Origin: Curvularia clavata
Taxonomy: Eukaryota
Direction: 5' to 3'
DNA length: 64,000 bases
Assembly (NCBI GenBank): GCA_023920165.1
Contig: CP089278.1
Location: forward strand, 2,356,001-2,420,000
Under the pieces are notes generated by a model that was not told the origin of the DNA, searched no databases, and saw only the letters and a list, made by a program, of their open reading frames with translations. Below, one piece after another: positions 11,024 to 23,309 of the stretch. A program made the translations under genes and the position numbers. How positions within the stretch are numbered: position 1 is the stretch's first letter; every line of letters begins with the position of its first letter.

Positions 11024-12578
11024 GTTCCCAAAGCTCCGGCCTTGAACTAACATGAACGATTCCTACTCTAACTCACTTTTGTTGAGATAAATGACGGCAT
11101 CAATATCACCATTGTCAGCTTATTTTTCAAGTTGCCCCAACAAGTTCATTTCATAACTGCGAATCCTGGCTTGATTCGCAATACACCCCTATTCCAAAGT
11201 ACGAATTTTAGCTACCCAGTTGCCCTGTTCTTTTATTTTAGCGCTCATCTCCCGTTTCTATACAGTGTGTGAATGGGGTGTTGAGGCGCCATGTTCTTTT
11301 TCCCGACTTGCATTTGTATCGAACCCACCGATCGATCTCAACTCTGGACTCTTACCCTGTTTTTTTGTGCTTTTTTTCTGCCGCTAAGAAGAGGGGGCGT
11401 TTGCAGGTAGCGGCTTGGGGGAGAAAGTTTTCATCCTATACCCCGGAGTTTTTTTGGTGTTTTTGCTTTTACTTTTTGCTTCTTAGGCCCAACGCTCATG
11501 CTGAACCAGGGGTGTGTTGGGAGATTGGCGCGAATATGACAAGTTTTAGCATTAGCGCATGGGTATTGCAAAGCTTGGAGGTGGGAAGTTGGAAGTTGGA
11601 AGGGGGTGGGGATGTGGTTGCTGGAGATACAGAATGGGATTGGAATTGGTATGGTAGGGGGATATTGGGGGACTTAGCTCACAGGTATGTCTTGGTGGGA
11701 GGGTAGAGGGGTCGTTGGGATAGGCAGGCGAGATAATACCATGTGCATGAGTTGTGGAAGTTGGCCGGTTTTCATAGCAAGAGGAGTTGAGGAGAAGAAT
11801 AGAATTGATACCAATATAGTGTTTAGAGCGAATAGGAGTATTGTTTTCCTCCTTCTTCTTACTTCACGGTCTCAACGAGTGTATTGTCCCTAAAGTTGGA
11901 AGGGTTGCTATATCGCCTTTCTTGTCTTTTCATTCTATGTCTTTACGTGGGCTCGACGATTCAAGGTACCAATCTCACGCTCCAACCAGATCGAATCGAA
12001 TCAAACAAGCATACACCCTCTTTCCACTCTATCCCAAGATCCCGCACCTTCTCTCCCATATGTAGCTTGTCACCACAGACTACGTACGTGCTGGCCTTGT
12101 TTTCTACCTCAAACAGAGAGGTCCCAGGTATTGTTTATAGATCTGTCTAAATTGAAGTACCACTAGAGATTACAGATAGTACTTGGGTAGGTTACTAACA
12201 GGGGATTTAGAAGCAGAAAAGATATCATATGAGGGCAAGAGTGGTTGTTGGTTTGATATCAAACTTGGAGAGTGGCTTATTTATCCAATTCTTGGGAGGA
12301 AGGTCGTGGTCCATATACAAGAAGTGTTTAATTTTCTTCTCGATGATTTCGGGTTTTCAGGCCGGAGACGGTGCGATTTCAACGACATGATTCACAGAAC
12401 GACTGTTCACGTGCTGTTCTAGGACACAGCTCGGATAATTGAAGTTAATTGCTTCGTCTCGCCTATGAAAAGCCTCGCCCATGCCAGCAACCAAAGCAAC
12501 ATGCCATTCTAGAAGAAAAAGAACAAGAGTCAGACAGGTATACCCGCAACCAACACATTCCCATCTCACCATCCCAAA

Positions 12579-13323
12579 TCACAGTTCCTTAACCAACGTC
12601 ACCACAATCCCATTCACCCCCGTCCTCCCACTCTCCCCACCATCCAACACCTGCTCACAAACCCGAAACCCCAAACTCTCATAAAACGCCCTCGCTTTCT
12701 CATTCGCCATCACCATATCCAAATGGACTCCTCTGGCCCCCATTTCCCTCACCTTGTCAAAAACCCTCCGCATAAGCACCGTCCCCCACCCCTTCCTACG
12801 ATACCCCTCTAAAATATCAATATGAATATGCGCCGGATATCTCTCTAGCATCTGTGGCCACGGCAACAACATACTACAATCAGCCTGGTACACCGCTTTG
12901 CGGAAATGCTTGATGTCTTCTTTTTCCATTGCCGGGTCATTAGCAACCTGTACATCGGGTGGAGGAACCAATTCGCGGTTTACACTAGGAGCGAAGTCTT
13001 TGCGCCATTGCTGTGCGAAAGAAGGAGTCGAGGCGCAGCCGATGCAGTACCCGACTACACGCCCGTGTCCGTCGTCGAGAACGAAACAGGTTTCTGGACA
13101 AAGAGTCACGTATGGTGTATACCAGAGGTGCGCGCCGATAGTGCGTGCGGGTTCATAGTCGAGAAGAGGGTCGATGGTGGAAAGGTACTAGGGTGTTGGG
13201 GGGGAGGTTAGGGGAGGGGAAATCGAATCAAGGGAGGGGAGTGAGGTGGCATACCACGTGCATGCCGTGTTGGAAGTCGCGGGATGTGTCGTAGGGGCGT
13301 ACAAACGGTGTTGGTTCTGGCAT
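12579..13323 (-). CDS. GNAT-family N-acetyltransferase (intron 13188-13254)
   Basis: MPEPTPFVRPYD...; YPAHIHIDILEGYRRKGWG (acetyl-CoA motif A), GVHLDM...NEKARAFYESLGF (motif B); GTATGC..CTAAC..TAG intron. Confidence 0.9.
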
Positions 13324-14586
13324 GCTGGGTGGATGAGATAGAGAGACGTATTTCTGGGTTTCTGAGTACCAGGCGTCTCTGGGTTGATTTCTCTACTCAA
13401 GATTGATACTTTTGAAGAGTGAGCCTGAAAGTTGCAGTACTATATGAAGCGAGACGAGTATGGGATTAGTATACGCGCAATGCGAGATATTGGCAGTGCC
13501 GGATACGAAAGGAGCAGGACTGCGGGGATGGAGGGGCTGCATCCGCTTATGGTTGGTCCCTTGGCTACCCTGACATATTCTCTGTATTGTCCGGATAAAA
13601 AGGCTCGGTCGTAGGAATTCATATGCATGTGTACGTTCTTCGGAAGAAAGCGATCCCGTTAACATTGATATCCAGTTGACACGAAAATTGAAACCCCTCT
13701 GGGAGATAGAAGAATTAGTTGCCGTTTGGAAAATCATCAAGATCTGATCACTCACCGAAGCCCAGAACTAAAATTCTGCCCTCTTCTCCTCAAGTTGTAG
13801 TTTTTCAGAGACTGCGTATAGTTTACAACCTGGGTCCTTTGCAACTCGAATGTGGATATTTTAGCCAATTGTCTACGCTATCTGGATACTGTCGTACATT
13901 CCATTTTCGGGCACGGGAAGTGTATGCATTTAGTCAAAAATGTCGGTTCTGGTGGCTATCGTTAAAGACTCATAAAACCGTAAGTACTTTTTGGAATGAG
14001 GATATATACTGGCAAAAGCGAAACACGAGAATATCAAGTTCAGTGATGTGGATCTTTTAACCCCTTAACCAAGTATTGGGTTAAAGTAAGAGTAGTACCT
14101 AGTCAACTTCACAATTTCTTGTCAATCTCCCTTGCTTTCATATTCGTCATAGTCGCAAGTAAAACATTATCCAACTTCTCCCTTCGAATCCATTCCATCC
14201 TCACACACCATCACCAAAAGCACGAAACCATGTATTGAAGTTTTTTTCAATTTGATTGTTCATATTTATGCACATGTATGCCGCTGTCAAGCATGACCGC
14301 AAATTCATAACCCAACCACACAAGTTGCCCAGACCCAGCTACAGCCGCGTGGCTCCCAAACGCCCCTATCCCCTCAAAAGATAACAATAAACAGTCCCTC
14401 GATGCTGTGCATAAAAATATTCGCATTCCCCTTTCCCCTTCATTCCCAATGGATATGCTCAAAAATGCATACACAGTATACCATCCCTCTTGTTGGAACC
14501 AGAGAAAGAGGAGGAAAAAAAGCATTAGGCCAACGTGAAATCAATCCATGATGCCCGAAGGAAGACCAAAAAAAAGGAAATCACAC

Positions 14587-16275
14587 TCAGAGATAACGAT
14601 AATCTGGAGCGCGAGATCTGCGATTACGACCTCGAGGGTTCACCGGTTGTCTATCATAAGCATCGTTATCTTGTTGTCCTTGTACACCACCCCATTGCCC
14701 TTGCATTTGTCCTCCTCCCCATCCATACTGCTGTTGTTGACCAAATTGCTGACCAAATTGTTGTTGTTGGCCGTAGCCAAAGTTTTGCTGAGGGAACCAG
14801 CCTTGCTGAGGTCCCTGTTGTTGTTGCTGCTGTGGAAAGCCCATCTGGAAGCCGTTTTGAAAGCCCATTTGGTTTGGCATCTGCATCTGCATTGGCATCG
14901 GCATTGGCATGTTCATGTTCATTGGCATGCCCATAGGTCCCATTGGTGCGTTCTTGAGCATTTCCATTTGCTGGATGAAGTCCTGCTCCATCTTCGACGC
15001 AGGGTCGGCGGCTTGACGCATCGCCTTTGGTGCGGTTGGTGGTTTGATGTCTGTCGGAGGCTCTTTGCGCTTTTTAGATGAAGTAGAGTCAGTATCCGAG
15101 ACTTCATCGGCCACCACCGCAGCAGCAGCAGGAGTAGCACTAGTAGCACTAGTAGTATTTGCAGTGTCATTTGCGACAGGAGAATTAGCGTTGTCAGTAG
15201 CATGGGATTGAGAAACTGATTCATTTGTTGAAGCAACTGCTGCCTTTGCCTTCTCCTTCTCTGCTGCCTTCTCTGCGTCGTATGCCTTGAGAGACTTGAC
15301 CATATCATCGTCGGGAACAAGATCATCCATTAAAACATCCTCCTTTGCACAGTTGGGACAAACCAAATCTCCATCTGCAAGCGCATTGTCGATGCACTCA
15401 CGGCAGTATGTCTTACCACAACATGGAGTCTTGACAGGGTCAACAAATCTCTGGTTGTCGATTGGGCATTCGAGTCCGCGCTCGCGGAGCTCCTTGCTGG
15501 CGGCATCGACGCTCGCCGCGCGCGCTCGAGATGCATTTGTTTTCTCTTGGAATTTATCCCACGCTTTCTGGTCTGTCAGGACTTGCACATACTCGCCATC
15601 AGCGTTGAGCATGATACCCTTTGCAGCCTCCTCGTCGACGGGTTTTTCGACCTTCTTCAGGAAAGACTGTGGAATACCGGTTGTGCGCTTGGCTTGGAAT
15701 GCGGGTTTGAAGTCGGGATCGTCGTTAGTGGGACAAGCCTGTATCCAGTGACCTTTGATGTTGCAGCGGCGGCAGACGTAGCCTGGTGGCGGTGGGTGCG
15801 ACGGAACGACAACGTTCTTGGTATTGTTCTTACGGTACACGGGCTTTGCGTGCGAAAGAGCTTCTTTCTCTGCGTCCCATGCCATGGCCGACTCTGCCAG
15901 GAAAGCAGCCTCCGCATCTTCCGGTGTCGCATTATTCACCGGGGCAACAGGCGCTGCAGGCTTGCTCTGCGTGGTGATTGCGCGTGACGGCGCTTTGCCT
16001 GTGACGTAGCGTGCTGCCCTTCCCTGTCCTTTTGGAGCAGGGCGTCGTATCGCAATGACGGTCGAGGAGCGTGGTATCAACGTAGTGTCGTCCTTGTATT
16101 CTGAGTTGGGGTCATCTTGTGGGAAGATGTGGAGGTTGAAGTCGGTTCCGTCGCCCAGGCCGCTCGCGCTGATGATCTCTTTCTTGAGCTCGAAGACACT
16201 GAGGTCAGTGCCATTGAATATGATCCGCTCGCTATCTCTCGAGTTTTTGAATTTGTAAAAAATGGACGAAGTCAT
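14587..16275 (-). CDS. mpe1: Mpe1/RBBP6 cleavage and polyadenylation factor subunit (DWNN, zinc knuckle, RING)
   Basis: MTSSIFYKFKNS DWNN ubiquitin-like start, YVCRRCNIKGHWIQACPTN knuckle, KRTTGIP, CPID...CCGKTYCRECI...CPNC RING. Confidence 0.95.
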   Translation of the reverse strand: MTSSIFYKFKNSRDSERIIFNGTDLSVFELKKEIISASGLGDGTDFNLHIFPQDDPNSEYKDDTTLIPRSSTVIAIRRPAPKGQGRAARYVTGKAPSRAITTQSKPAAPVAPVNNATPEDAEAAFLAESAMAWDAEKEALSHAKPVYRKNNTKNVVVPSHPPPPGYVCRRCNIKGHWIQACPTNDDPDFKPAFQAKRTTGIPQSFLKKVEKPVDEEAAKGIMLNADGEYVQVLTDQKAWDKFQEKTNASRARAASVDAASKELRERGLECPIDNQRFVDPVKTPCCGKTYCRECIDNALADGDLVCPNCAKEDVLMDDLVPDDDMVKSLKAYDAEKAAEKEKAKAAVASTNESVSQSHATDNANSPVANDTANTTSATSATPAAAAVVADEVSDTDSTSSKKRKEPPTDIKPPTAPKAMRQAADPASKMEQDFIQQMEMLKNAPMGPMGMPMNMNMPMPMPMQMQMPNQMGFQNGFQMGFPQQQQQQGPQQGWFPQQNFGYGQQQQFGQQFGQQQQYGWGGGQMQGQWGGVQGQQDNDAYDRQPVNPRGRNRRSRAPDYRYL

Positions 16276-16555
16276 CGTGGTGCGGTGTGGTGTGGCGTGG
16301 ATTGGGCGTGTCGTGAGGGAGGCGTGTTATGATGAGAGATCAGCAGTCACGTATGCTCTGCTTGACTAATCGTGCACGGACCATATATTGAGAACCACGG
16401 AAACGCCGCGCGACGGGAACCCGACAAGGCAGCATGGCATCACTGAAAAGCCGTGGTTGCTAGTGGTGCATGAAGGTCATTTGTGGTGACCAAGCACGTA
16501 TGGCAAGTTTCAATTATTAATTTGAGCACTTGAGGCTCGTCTATGTATGCAATGT

Positions 16556-19500
16556 CTACTCCTCCGAGCCATCCGCTTCTAATTCGTCAGGTCCCAGCTC
16601 TTCTCTTGCCCCTCCTACATCGCACTCATGTATGATCTTCTTCCATCCTAGCGGTTCCGAGGGATCTTTGATGTGCTCAATGGTTGGGAAGTAGTGCTCG
16701 TTCTTCTTCATGGTGGCAACCCATGGAACGTTGTCGAAGGTCATTACCTTCATGCGGAAATACTCGTTATCTTTGATCTTCTTGATCTCGACAAGGAACG
16801 CCGACAAATTGGGAGTGGGAACATTGTTGACGTGTGTGACAAAGTTTGTAGGTGCGAGCTGTGTAGTGTAATTAGCAAGTTGCTCGTAATAAGGGACATG
16901 AGAGCAAGAACTTACCCCGTACATGTATGCGGGTGAGCCGCGAGCCCGTGAAGAGATGTAAACATCTGAATGAATTTTGCTGATTTGCTGACGCACAGCC
17001 TGGTGAGGGCGGTGGAAGGTGGCGCCACAGAAGCTGACCAGTCGGTCGGTCTCGAGATCCTCAGTAGGGACTGTCGAAACCTTGATAGTCTTTTCTTCAC
17101 GCTTGCGTACGATGACTGCGTCAAGAACTTCGTTGTTGTACATGACATCCAGATCAGGGGAACGGGTTACAAGTTTGCCGTTCAACGTCAGGAGGACATC
17201 GCCCTCATGGAGGCCATCACTGTGGCCTGAGTCAACCTTCCGGACCATGAAGAGTTGGTGGCGCTCTGGATCCGCGTTCTCGGTCTTCTCAATCCATTCT
17301 TCTGATACACCCATAACACGGGCTTGACTCATCTGGACCGTCTGGAACTCGACGTTCAAGATGCGGAGCTTAGGAGTCTTGCCGCTTCGGATCTCGTTGA
17401 GCACTGGAAGGAGGCTGGGTGTTGCAAGGCCAAGGTGGTATTCTACATCCTTGCCGCTGTGCGATGTTCGCTCGCCTAGGTATGAGAGCCAGAGAGCCTG
17501 TACAGTGCCATCCTCGGCAATGAGCACGCCAGAACCACTGTGTGAAGCCTGGTTTGTGTCCACAGTGATGGCATCAAAGTTTGTTGCGCGGTATCGCGGC
17601 GTGATAGCACTAGCCGGTATGGCAACTGTAGTGATGTCTGTGACAACGGTCTTTGCCACGACAGGTCGGAAGTTTTGGTTGATACCAAAGAAGATGGTCT
17701 CTGCCCCCTTCTTGATGTATTCAGTAGCGAAGTTGGGCGTCTTTACAGGCGCATTGACTAGCGAAGCATCGTACTTGACAATGGCATAGTTCTGCAGGGG
17801 ATGCATGAAAACGACCTTTGCATCCACAAAGATGCTGTCGGCGATAATCAGAGATATATCACACAGGTCGTATGGCAGAATCGCTCTCGAAACAAGAACA
17901 AGACCCTGGTCGGCATCGACAACAAGACCGTAGCCTTGCTTGTTAAGCTTGGGAAAGCCATCAAGTTTGATTGGCATAGAGACGTGCACACGTACAAAAC
18001 TACGAACAATGTCTACTGCTTCGGGGTAACTGGAGCTCATCTTGACAAAGTTCGCACGGCGCGGCACTGGGGGCACAGGTGGTATGGCATCGGCTAATGG
18101 CTTGAAATCCCACAGGCCTGTCGTATCATTACGAGTTGCTACTCGAATCTTTGCGTGCCAATGCCTATCGACTGCAGTGATGCTAGTGTTTGCAGTGTGC
18201 AGGTCGCGCAGATGCTTGTACATCATGACCACTCGTTTGCGGTCAGGGATCTTCTTCATGACTTCAATGAAGGCATCTAGGTTGGGTGTCGGCTGGTTAT
18301 CCACTTCTTGGATCAGCCACCCAGATGTGTATCCATCGGCAAATCTAAACGAGCCAGCTGCTTCGCAAACGTACACACCTGCGTTCTTGAGCGAAATAGC
18401 GTAGAGACGAGCTTGCTGGTACGAAAGGTCATGAAATGAAGCGCCTGCAACGGAAACAAACTTGTCGGGAGTGATGGCATGGAGGTCCCCGACGTCTATC
18501 TCAACGTCCATGTTCTCTCCTGCGCGCTGTATGGTCACAGAGATGGTCTGGCCCACGTGCTCATCCAAGATCGCATCGAGACGGACGAACTGGGTTAGTA
18601 ACTCTCCATTGACGCGCAACAACAGATCGCCTTCTTCGATCTTGTTCGATGCAGGGCCTTGGGGGAGAACCACTTCAGCAACCAGCATACCCGTTTCTTT
18701 TGGGAACTGGGTGCGAATGTCCTTCTCAAGCTCGGCTGAGAGGCCCAGTCGTCGGCACTCGTCGAATGGCTTCAGTATCCACTGTGTCTGAATGGTGCCT
18801 CTGGTGACGTGTTTGCCTTGACGAATCAGCTCCAGTGCACGCAGAGGGCGGTCCAGGGGCAGGAAGTAGTCGGTTGCAGCACCGTCCGCGCGTCCACCGG
18901 CCTGGAGGGCAACGGCGAATCCATCACGGTCCACTACAGGACTGCCTGAAGATCCTCCACTGGCAGCAGCTGCTGCTTGTATGTAGTTGGTGTTGAAGTC
19001 AGAGTAGCCCTCGCCGTATTCGGGTGCGTTACGATCGAGACGACTGATGACGCCGGACAGGATACTGAGCTTCTCTCCAGCATCGTTACCAACCACGCGG
19101 ATCTCGACACCAACTTTGGCGTTATCAGGTCGCAGTTTGAGGGCAGTGACGGGCATGTACCGGATCTTCTTTGGGTCGAAGCGCAGGATACCAAAGTCGT
19201 GGACCGGGTCGCGGTAGACTGGGTGGACATCGCACTCCTCGTGGTTGTCAAAGATACAGTAGCCGATGAAGGGTCCAGCGCCCACAACATGCCTATTGGT
19301 AAGAATGTAGCCCTGCTCAGCGTCTACAACAAAGCCAGTGGCCTCTGAGCTGACGGCTGGATCCGTGTCAAACGAGCATGTCTGGCAGAAGTGTATGGAA
19401 ACTACGCTCTTAACCACGTTTTCTATAGTCTTTTGCCACTCGACCGTGTCGGGCCCTGAGGCTGCTGCGATGTGGGCCGCGGAGGGAAGGTCGTCGGCGG

Positions 19501-19873
19501 CGACGCTGTACTCGCTGCGTGCCTCGTCCATGGACTCATCTTGGCCATTTGGATGCGACATGACGCCGTTGGTCACGTGGGATTCGGGTTTGATCTGCTT
19601 CAGAGGGCGGTCGGTGGCGGGTGAGGTTGGGTGTTGCTTGCGCTTGACAGTGCCATTCTGGTCCATTTGCGGCGAGGTGGGTGCGGACGGGGGCGAGTGG
19701 AGAAGGCGGCGGTGGGCGCAGGCGAGTGCACTCGTGCTTGTGCTAGGCAATGTCGCAGGCGATCGGGTGCGAAGAAGGGCGAGCGGTCGTGACACGGGCA
19801 ACAGGCGTGAAGGTCTGGTGGTTGCGCAGAAAGATTGTTTGCAGGCGGCGAGTGAGGCTCGGCCAAGCAGCAT
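16556..19873 (-). CDS. nma111: Nma111/Ynm3 HtrA-like serine protease with PDZ domains (57-nt intron 16859-16915; alternative start at 19666)
   Basis: [40 protein letters not shown] catalytic triad motifs and duplicated protease/PDZ halves; GTAAGT..CTAAT..CAG intron. Confidence 0.96.
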   Translation of the reverse strand: MLLGRASLAACKQSFCATTRPSRLLPVSRPLALLRTRSPATLPSTSTSALACAHRRLLHSPPSAPTSPQMDQNGTVKRKQHPTSPATDRPLKQIKPESHVTNGVMSHPNGQDESMDEARSEYSVAADDLPSAAHIAAASGPDTVEWQKTIENVVKSVVSIHFCQTCSFDTDPAVSSEATGFVVDAEQGYILTNRHVVGAGPFIGYCIFDNHEECDVHPVYRDPVHDFGILRFDPKKIRYMPVTALKLRPDNAKVGVEIRVVGNDAGEKLSILSGVISRLDRNAPEYGEGYSDFNTNYIQAAAAASGGSSGSPVVDRDGFAVALQAGGRADGAATDYFLPLDRPLRALELIRQGKHVTRGTIQTQWILKPFDECRRLGLSAELEKDIRTQFPKETGMLVAEVVLPQGPASNKIEEGDLLLRVNGELLTQFVRLDAILDEHVGQTISVTIQRAGENMDVEIDVGDLHAITPDKFVSVAGASFHDLSYQQARLYAISLKNAGVYVCEAAGSFRFADGYTSGWLIQEVDNQPTPNLDAFIEVMKKIPDRKRVVMMYKHLRDLHTANTSITAVDRHWHAKIRVATRNDTTGLWDFKPLADAIPPVPPVPRRANFVKMSSSYPEAVDIVRSFVRVHVSMPIKLDGFPKLNKQGYGLVVDADQGLVLVSRAILPYDLCDISLIIADSIFVDAKVVFMHPLQNYAIVKYDASLVNAPVKTPNFATEYIKKGAETIFFGINQNFRPVVAKTVVTDITTVAIPASAITPRYRATNFDAITVDTNQASHSGSGVLIAEDGTVQALWLSYLGERTSHSGKDVEYHLGLATPSLLPVLNEIRSGKTPKLRILNVEFQTVQMSQARVMGVSEEWIEKTENADPERHQLFMVRKVDSGHSDGLHEGDVLLTLNGKLVTRSPDLDVMYNNEVLDAVIVRKREEKTIKVSTVPTEDLETDRLVSFCGATFHRPHQAVRQQISKIHSDVYISSRARGSPAYMYGVSSCSHVPYYEQLANYTTQLAPTNFVTHVNNVPTPNLSAFLVEIKKIKDNEYFRMKVMTFDNVPWVATMKKNEHYFPTIEHIKDPSEPLGWKKIIHECDVGGAREELGPDELEADGSEE

Positions 19874-20428
19874 GCCAGCCCTGGGGGAGCGCTGTCAAGA
19901 TTCTGGGGCCGCTACGGTGCAGCGGCTGCCAATTGCAAAAAGTACAAGTCACGCACAAAGAAGTGCCGTCGATGGTGAGTACAGATGAAAGACGGAACGT
20001 GCTTGAAGAGCCCTGCAGCGGCATAGTTCGCGCTGCGGCCCACCCCTGTTCTCCCTTCGCCGCACGTCGCGACCAGCGTCATTCTCGCCGCTGCACCGGG
20101 CCCGTCACTCATCCATGTCATCACGCCCAGCCACTTGACCTGTGAAACGTGGTCCTGTCTGGCAAATACACGGCATCATGCATTCATGTCCAACTACGAA
20201 TCCGTCTCACTCTCTCCGACGCTCTGTCTAGTTCTGGCTGCTTGAGTGTTGCCTGGAACAAGCAACAAAACCACTGGCTGTCAATACTCATCAGGACCGC
20301 CCAACTGTCTCTGCATACGCCGGTCCAGGTCCCGCCATCCTGTTGAATGTTTGGGAACCAAAGAAGTGACTCCGACCCTGAAACAGCCGTACCAGTCCCG
20401 CTCCGTCACATGGCCGAGTCGAGTATGC

Positions 20429-20992
20429 TCAAACACAATCAAACTCCTCTTGCTCTTCCTTGACACTCTCTTCCATCTTGATCGTCTCTTCCATAGCGGC
20501 AGCATTCTTGGCCTTCCTAGGAGTTGCCATCTTCTTCTTGGGTGAGCCATCTTCCTCAGCAACAGCATCAGCGTTCTTACGCTTCCTGGGTGTCTTGGGT
20601 GCCTTGGGCGTCTTGAGTGGCTCAGACGTCTCGGCGTTGGTACCAGCGTCCAGAGGCTGACCATTCTTGATCTTGATAATGTCTTCCTTGTGCTTCTCCT
20701 TCAGGCGGGTTATCATCCTCTTGCAAGCGATGACAGAGCGACCGGCAGGGATGGGTGCGTTCTGTGGCAAAGGGTTAGTTAATGTATATGTCAAAGCGTG
20801 ACGAAAAGCCAGACTTACGCTAATCTTGGATTCAATCCTACCCTCATTCTCGCAGAGTACGACGAGGTACGCAATCTATGTTCGATTAACTAGGGCAGAT
20901 GTGAATAGACTGAGTATACTTGCTTTCTCTCTTTCAGACCAGCCGGCACCGCTTGCGCCGGTCATGTTTGCTGTCTTCTCTGTGTCGGACAT
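20429..20992 (-). CDS. Small basic putative nuclear protein, 152 aa (3 exons; GC-AG intron 20876-20923, GT-AG intron 20762-20818)
   Basis: Spliced frame WSEREK-IAYLVVLCE...APIPAGRSVIACKRMITRLKEKH (Myb/SANT-like W...GR..AC pattern) followed by TPKAPKTPRKRK NLS/CDK-site-rich tail. Confidence 0.7.
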
Positions 20993-21631
20993 GCTGACTG
21001 CTTTCTTGTGTTTGGGTAGCACGAGTGCAACGACAGAATAGCTTGTTGTTGTAAGTGTAGTAGATGGTGGTTGAGGAGTTGAGAGGGTTAGGGCAAGGAA
21101 ACAGAGTGGGCTACCAGCCTTTATCTACAAGAGACTGGCTAGCAATTGTTGGATCATCCTCATAGTGAGTTACCGACATGCAGTGAAGTGGTGGAGTGAA
21201 GGTGAGCTTGACGGAGAAGGTGAGGTTTGTGTCATACATCACACGATCCTCACAAGTGAGCCTTCCCTCTCATTTAAAGGGCTTCCTTAACCTCCTGTGG
21301 ATATTTGGTACAACTGCGCATCAGATTTATGTAGTCTTTCATATTCTTTACGCTTCACCCGTGATCTTCTTCGCAATCTCAATGCACCACCCAGAAGCAG
21401 ATCGTTTGCCAGTATGCTGTCATATGTATATCAAATGCAAATCTGCGACATGGTTCGACAACATTCCAGACTCGCATTCCTCATTAGAAGGTAGCTGCAA
21501 CTTCAAACATAGTCACGTGCTTAGCCAATCCCCATGTAGCACTAGGCCCACGTAGACCCTAGCCTCGTACTTCCACATGATACTACACCTCCTTAAGCCC
21601 ACACTCCACATTTCTGACCCCAGAAGTAGCA

Positions 21632-22306
21632 ATGCTGGAAATAGCTTGCTTCAACGCCTCTTCCGCCATCGCATCCGCTCAGGCGGGTGCTGATCGCATC
21701 GAATTATGTTCTGACTACGCTGCTGGCGGCGTCACTCCTTCACTCTCCACCTTGGAAGACGTCCGGAGTCAGACGACAAGTGCAGTCAATGTCATGATCC
21801 GGCCGCGCGCAGGCGACTTCAATTACACGGCTGAAGAGTTTGCAAGGATGGAGGCGGAGGTAGTCTCACTCAAGCCCTTTGCTAGCGGATTCGTATTCGG
21901 CATTTTGGATCCCAACCATCGTGTGGATGAGGCACGCAATCATAGGTTGGTCCAGTTGGCTGCTCCACTGCCATGCACCTTTCATCGTGCGATTGATGAG
22001 ACGGACGATCTAGATGAAGCAGTTGAAGCGGTCGTCAGGTGTGGGTTCAAGAACATATTGACAAGTGGTAGTGCCGGTAATGCACTCCAGGGAGCTGAAA
22101 GATTACACCAGCTGCAGATGAAATTTGGGCATTGCATCTCACTGATTGCTGGTGGTGGGGCTAGAAATGGGAATATCGGAGAAATCAAGAGGAAAACTGG
22201 GGTACCGTGGCTCCACTCGGCTGCTATAACACTCCCAGGCGAAAATGTTGATGTTACGGAGGTGAGGAAGATGAAGGATTCACTGGTGGAGATAGAGCGA
22301 TCTTGA
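21632..22306 (+). CDS. cutC: CutC-family (copper homeostasis) TIM-barrel protein
   Basis: MLEIAC, GADRIELC, GGVTPS, VMIRPRAGDF, TFHRAID, ILTSG motifs. Confidence 0.95.
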   Translation: MLEIACFNASSAIASAQAGADRIELCSDYAAGGVTPSLSTLEDVRSQTTSAVNVMIRPRAGDFNYTAEEFARMEAEVVSLKPFASGFVFGILDPNHRVDEARNHRLVQLAAPLPCTFHRAIDETDDLDEAVEAVVRCGFKNILTSGSAGNALQGAERLHQLQMKFGHCISLIAGGGARNGNIGEIKRKTGVPWLHSAAITLPGENVDVTEVRKMKDSLVEIERS

Positions 22307-22505
22307 ACTACGGTGAAATATTATTCATTAAGCGTAACGTATCAACAGCGAAATGTCCCCTGTATACACATAAAGACATTCCAAGCATCTAGTGGGGTAT
22401 CATTCATATCCAGATTGCCTCACGAATAAACTCTGGTGGAGTTCCGCCTGCTCATCAAGGCAGTAATGCACAGCCAGCCATCTCCCAGTCCAACAGTCAA
22501 CGGAT

Positions 22506-23309
22506 CTACAGGAAAGCGTAGATGAGGGCGCCGAACACAGACATCTCGAACGACCTTGCATCCACATGTGCAGCAGCTCCGGTCGGCTTGGCGGCCTTGG
22601 TTTCTGTCACAACAGCCGTCTTGCCGGCAACAGTCGTAGCTTGGGTGATTGTGGTGGCGGGAATCGTACTTTTGACCTCCTGGCCGCTTACAGTTGCTGT
22701 GATGACGCTCTCAGGAACAGTGGTTGGTGCCGTGTATGTTACTGGAGGGAGAGTCGTAGTGTATACAACGATCGACCCAAGTTCAGTCTCCGGGATCGCG
22801 CCGCCAACGCCGGTACCCGTGAATTGTGGGGGAATCGACATGGTCGAGGTGTTGGGCTTCTCAGCTTCGTTGCCGGAGTAAATGTTGGCAGTTTGTCCGT
22901 CTTTAGTATAGTCTCCGCTGACCAGGTTTACGTCAGTGCCTCCGGAGTGATATTCTCCTGTCGCAATGGTTCCGTGCGATCCGTCGGGGAACTGGAAGTT
23001 GGTGGTGAACTTGTCATAGCACATGGGAATGTTGAGGTTCTGGACGTTTACGCAGTCGAGGCTTGGGTGGCAGGCGAAACCCTCGGCGCGCTCGTCCACA
23101 GAGCGCTGTTTGAATGAAATGCCCTGGACCGACGCTACGACGTTGGTGTAGAGCGAGGTGAGACCTGGTCCCACTGAAGGGGGTGTGTCGGTTGTAGCAC
23201 CCTTGGGCTTGCAAGCCTTGTAGGATTCATCTCCATCTCTCTTGAATTCCTCAAAGGGTGATGCGACAGCCATAGCCGCAAGAGCGAGGGACAAGTACTT
23301 CGGTGACAT
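22506..23309 (-). CDS. Secreted, probably GPI-anchored cell-surface protein
   Basis: N-terminal signal peptide, KR processing site, 4 Cys, Thr-rich stalk, hydrophobic C-terminus (TGAAAH...VFGALIYAFL). Confidence 0.8.
   Translation of the reverse strand: MSPKYLSLALAAMAVASPFEEFKRDGDESYKACKPKGATTDTPPSVGPGLTSLYTNVVASVQGISFKQRSVDERAEGFACHPSLDCVNVQNLNIPMCYDKFTTNFQFPDGSHGTIATGEYHSGGTDVNLVSGDYTKDGQTANIYSGNEAEKPNTSTMSIPPQFTGTGVGGAIPETELGSIVVYTTTLPPVTYTAPTTVPESVITATVSGQEVKSTIPATTITQATTVAGKTAVVTETKAAKPTGAAAHVDARSFEMSVFGALIYAFL

Noticed and set aside
12180..12480. Protein-like minus-strand frame interrupted by stops
   Set aside because: No family recognisable; cannot support a pseudogene call
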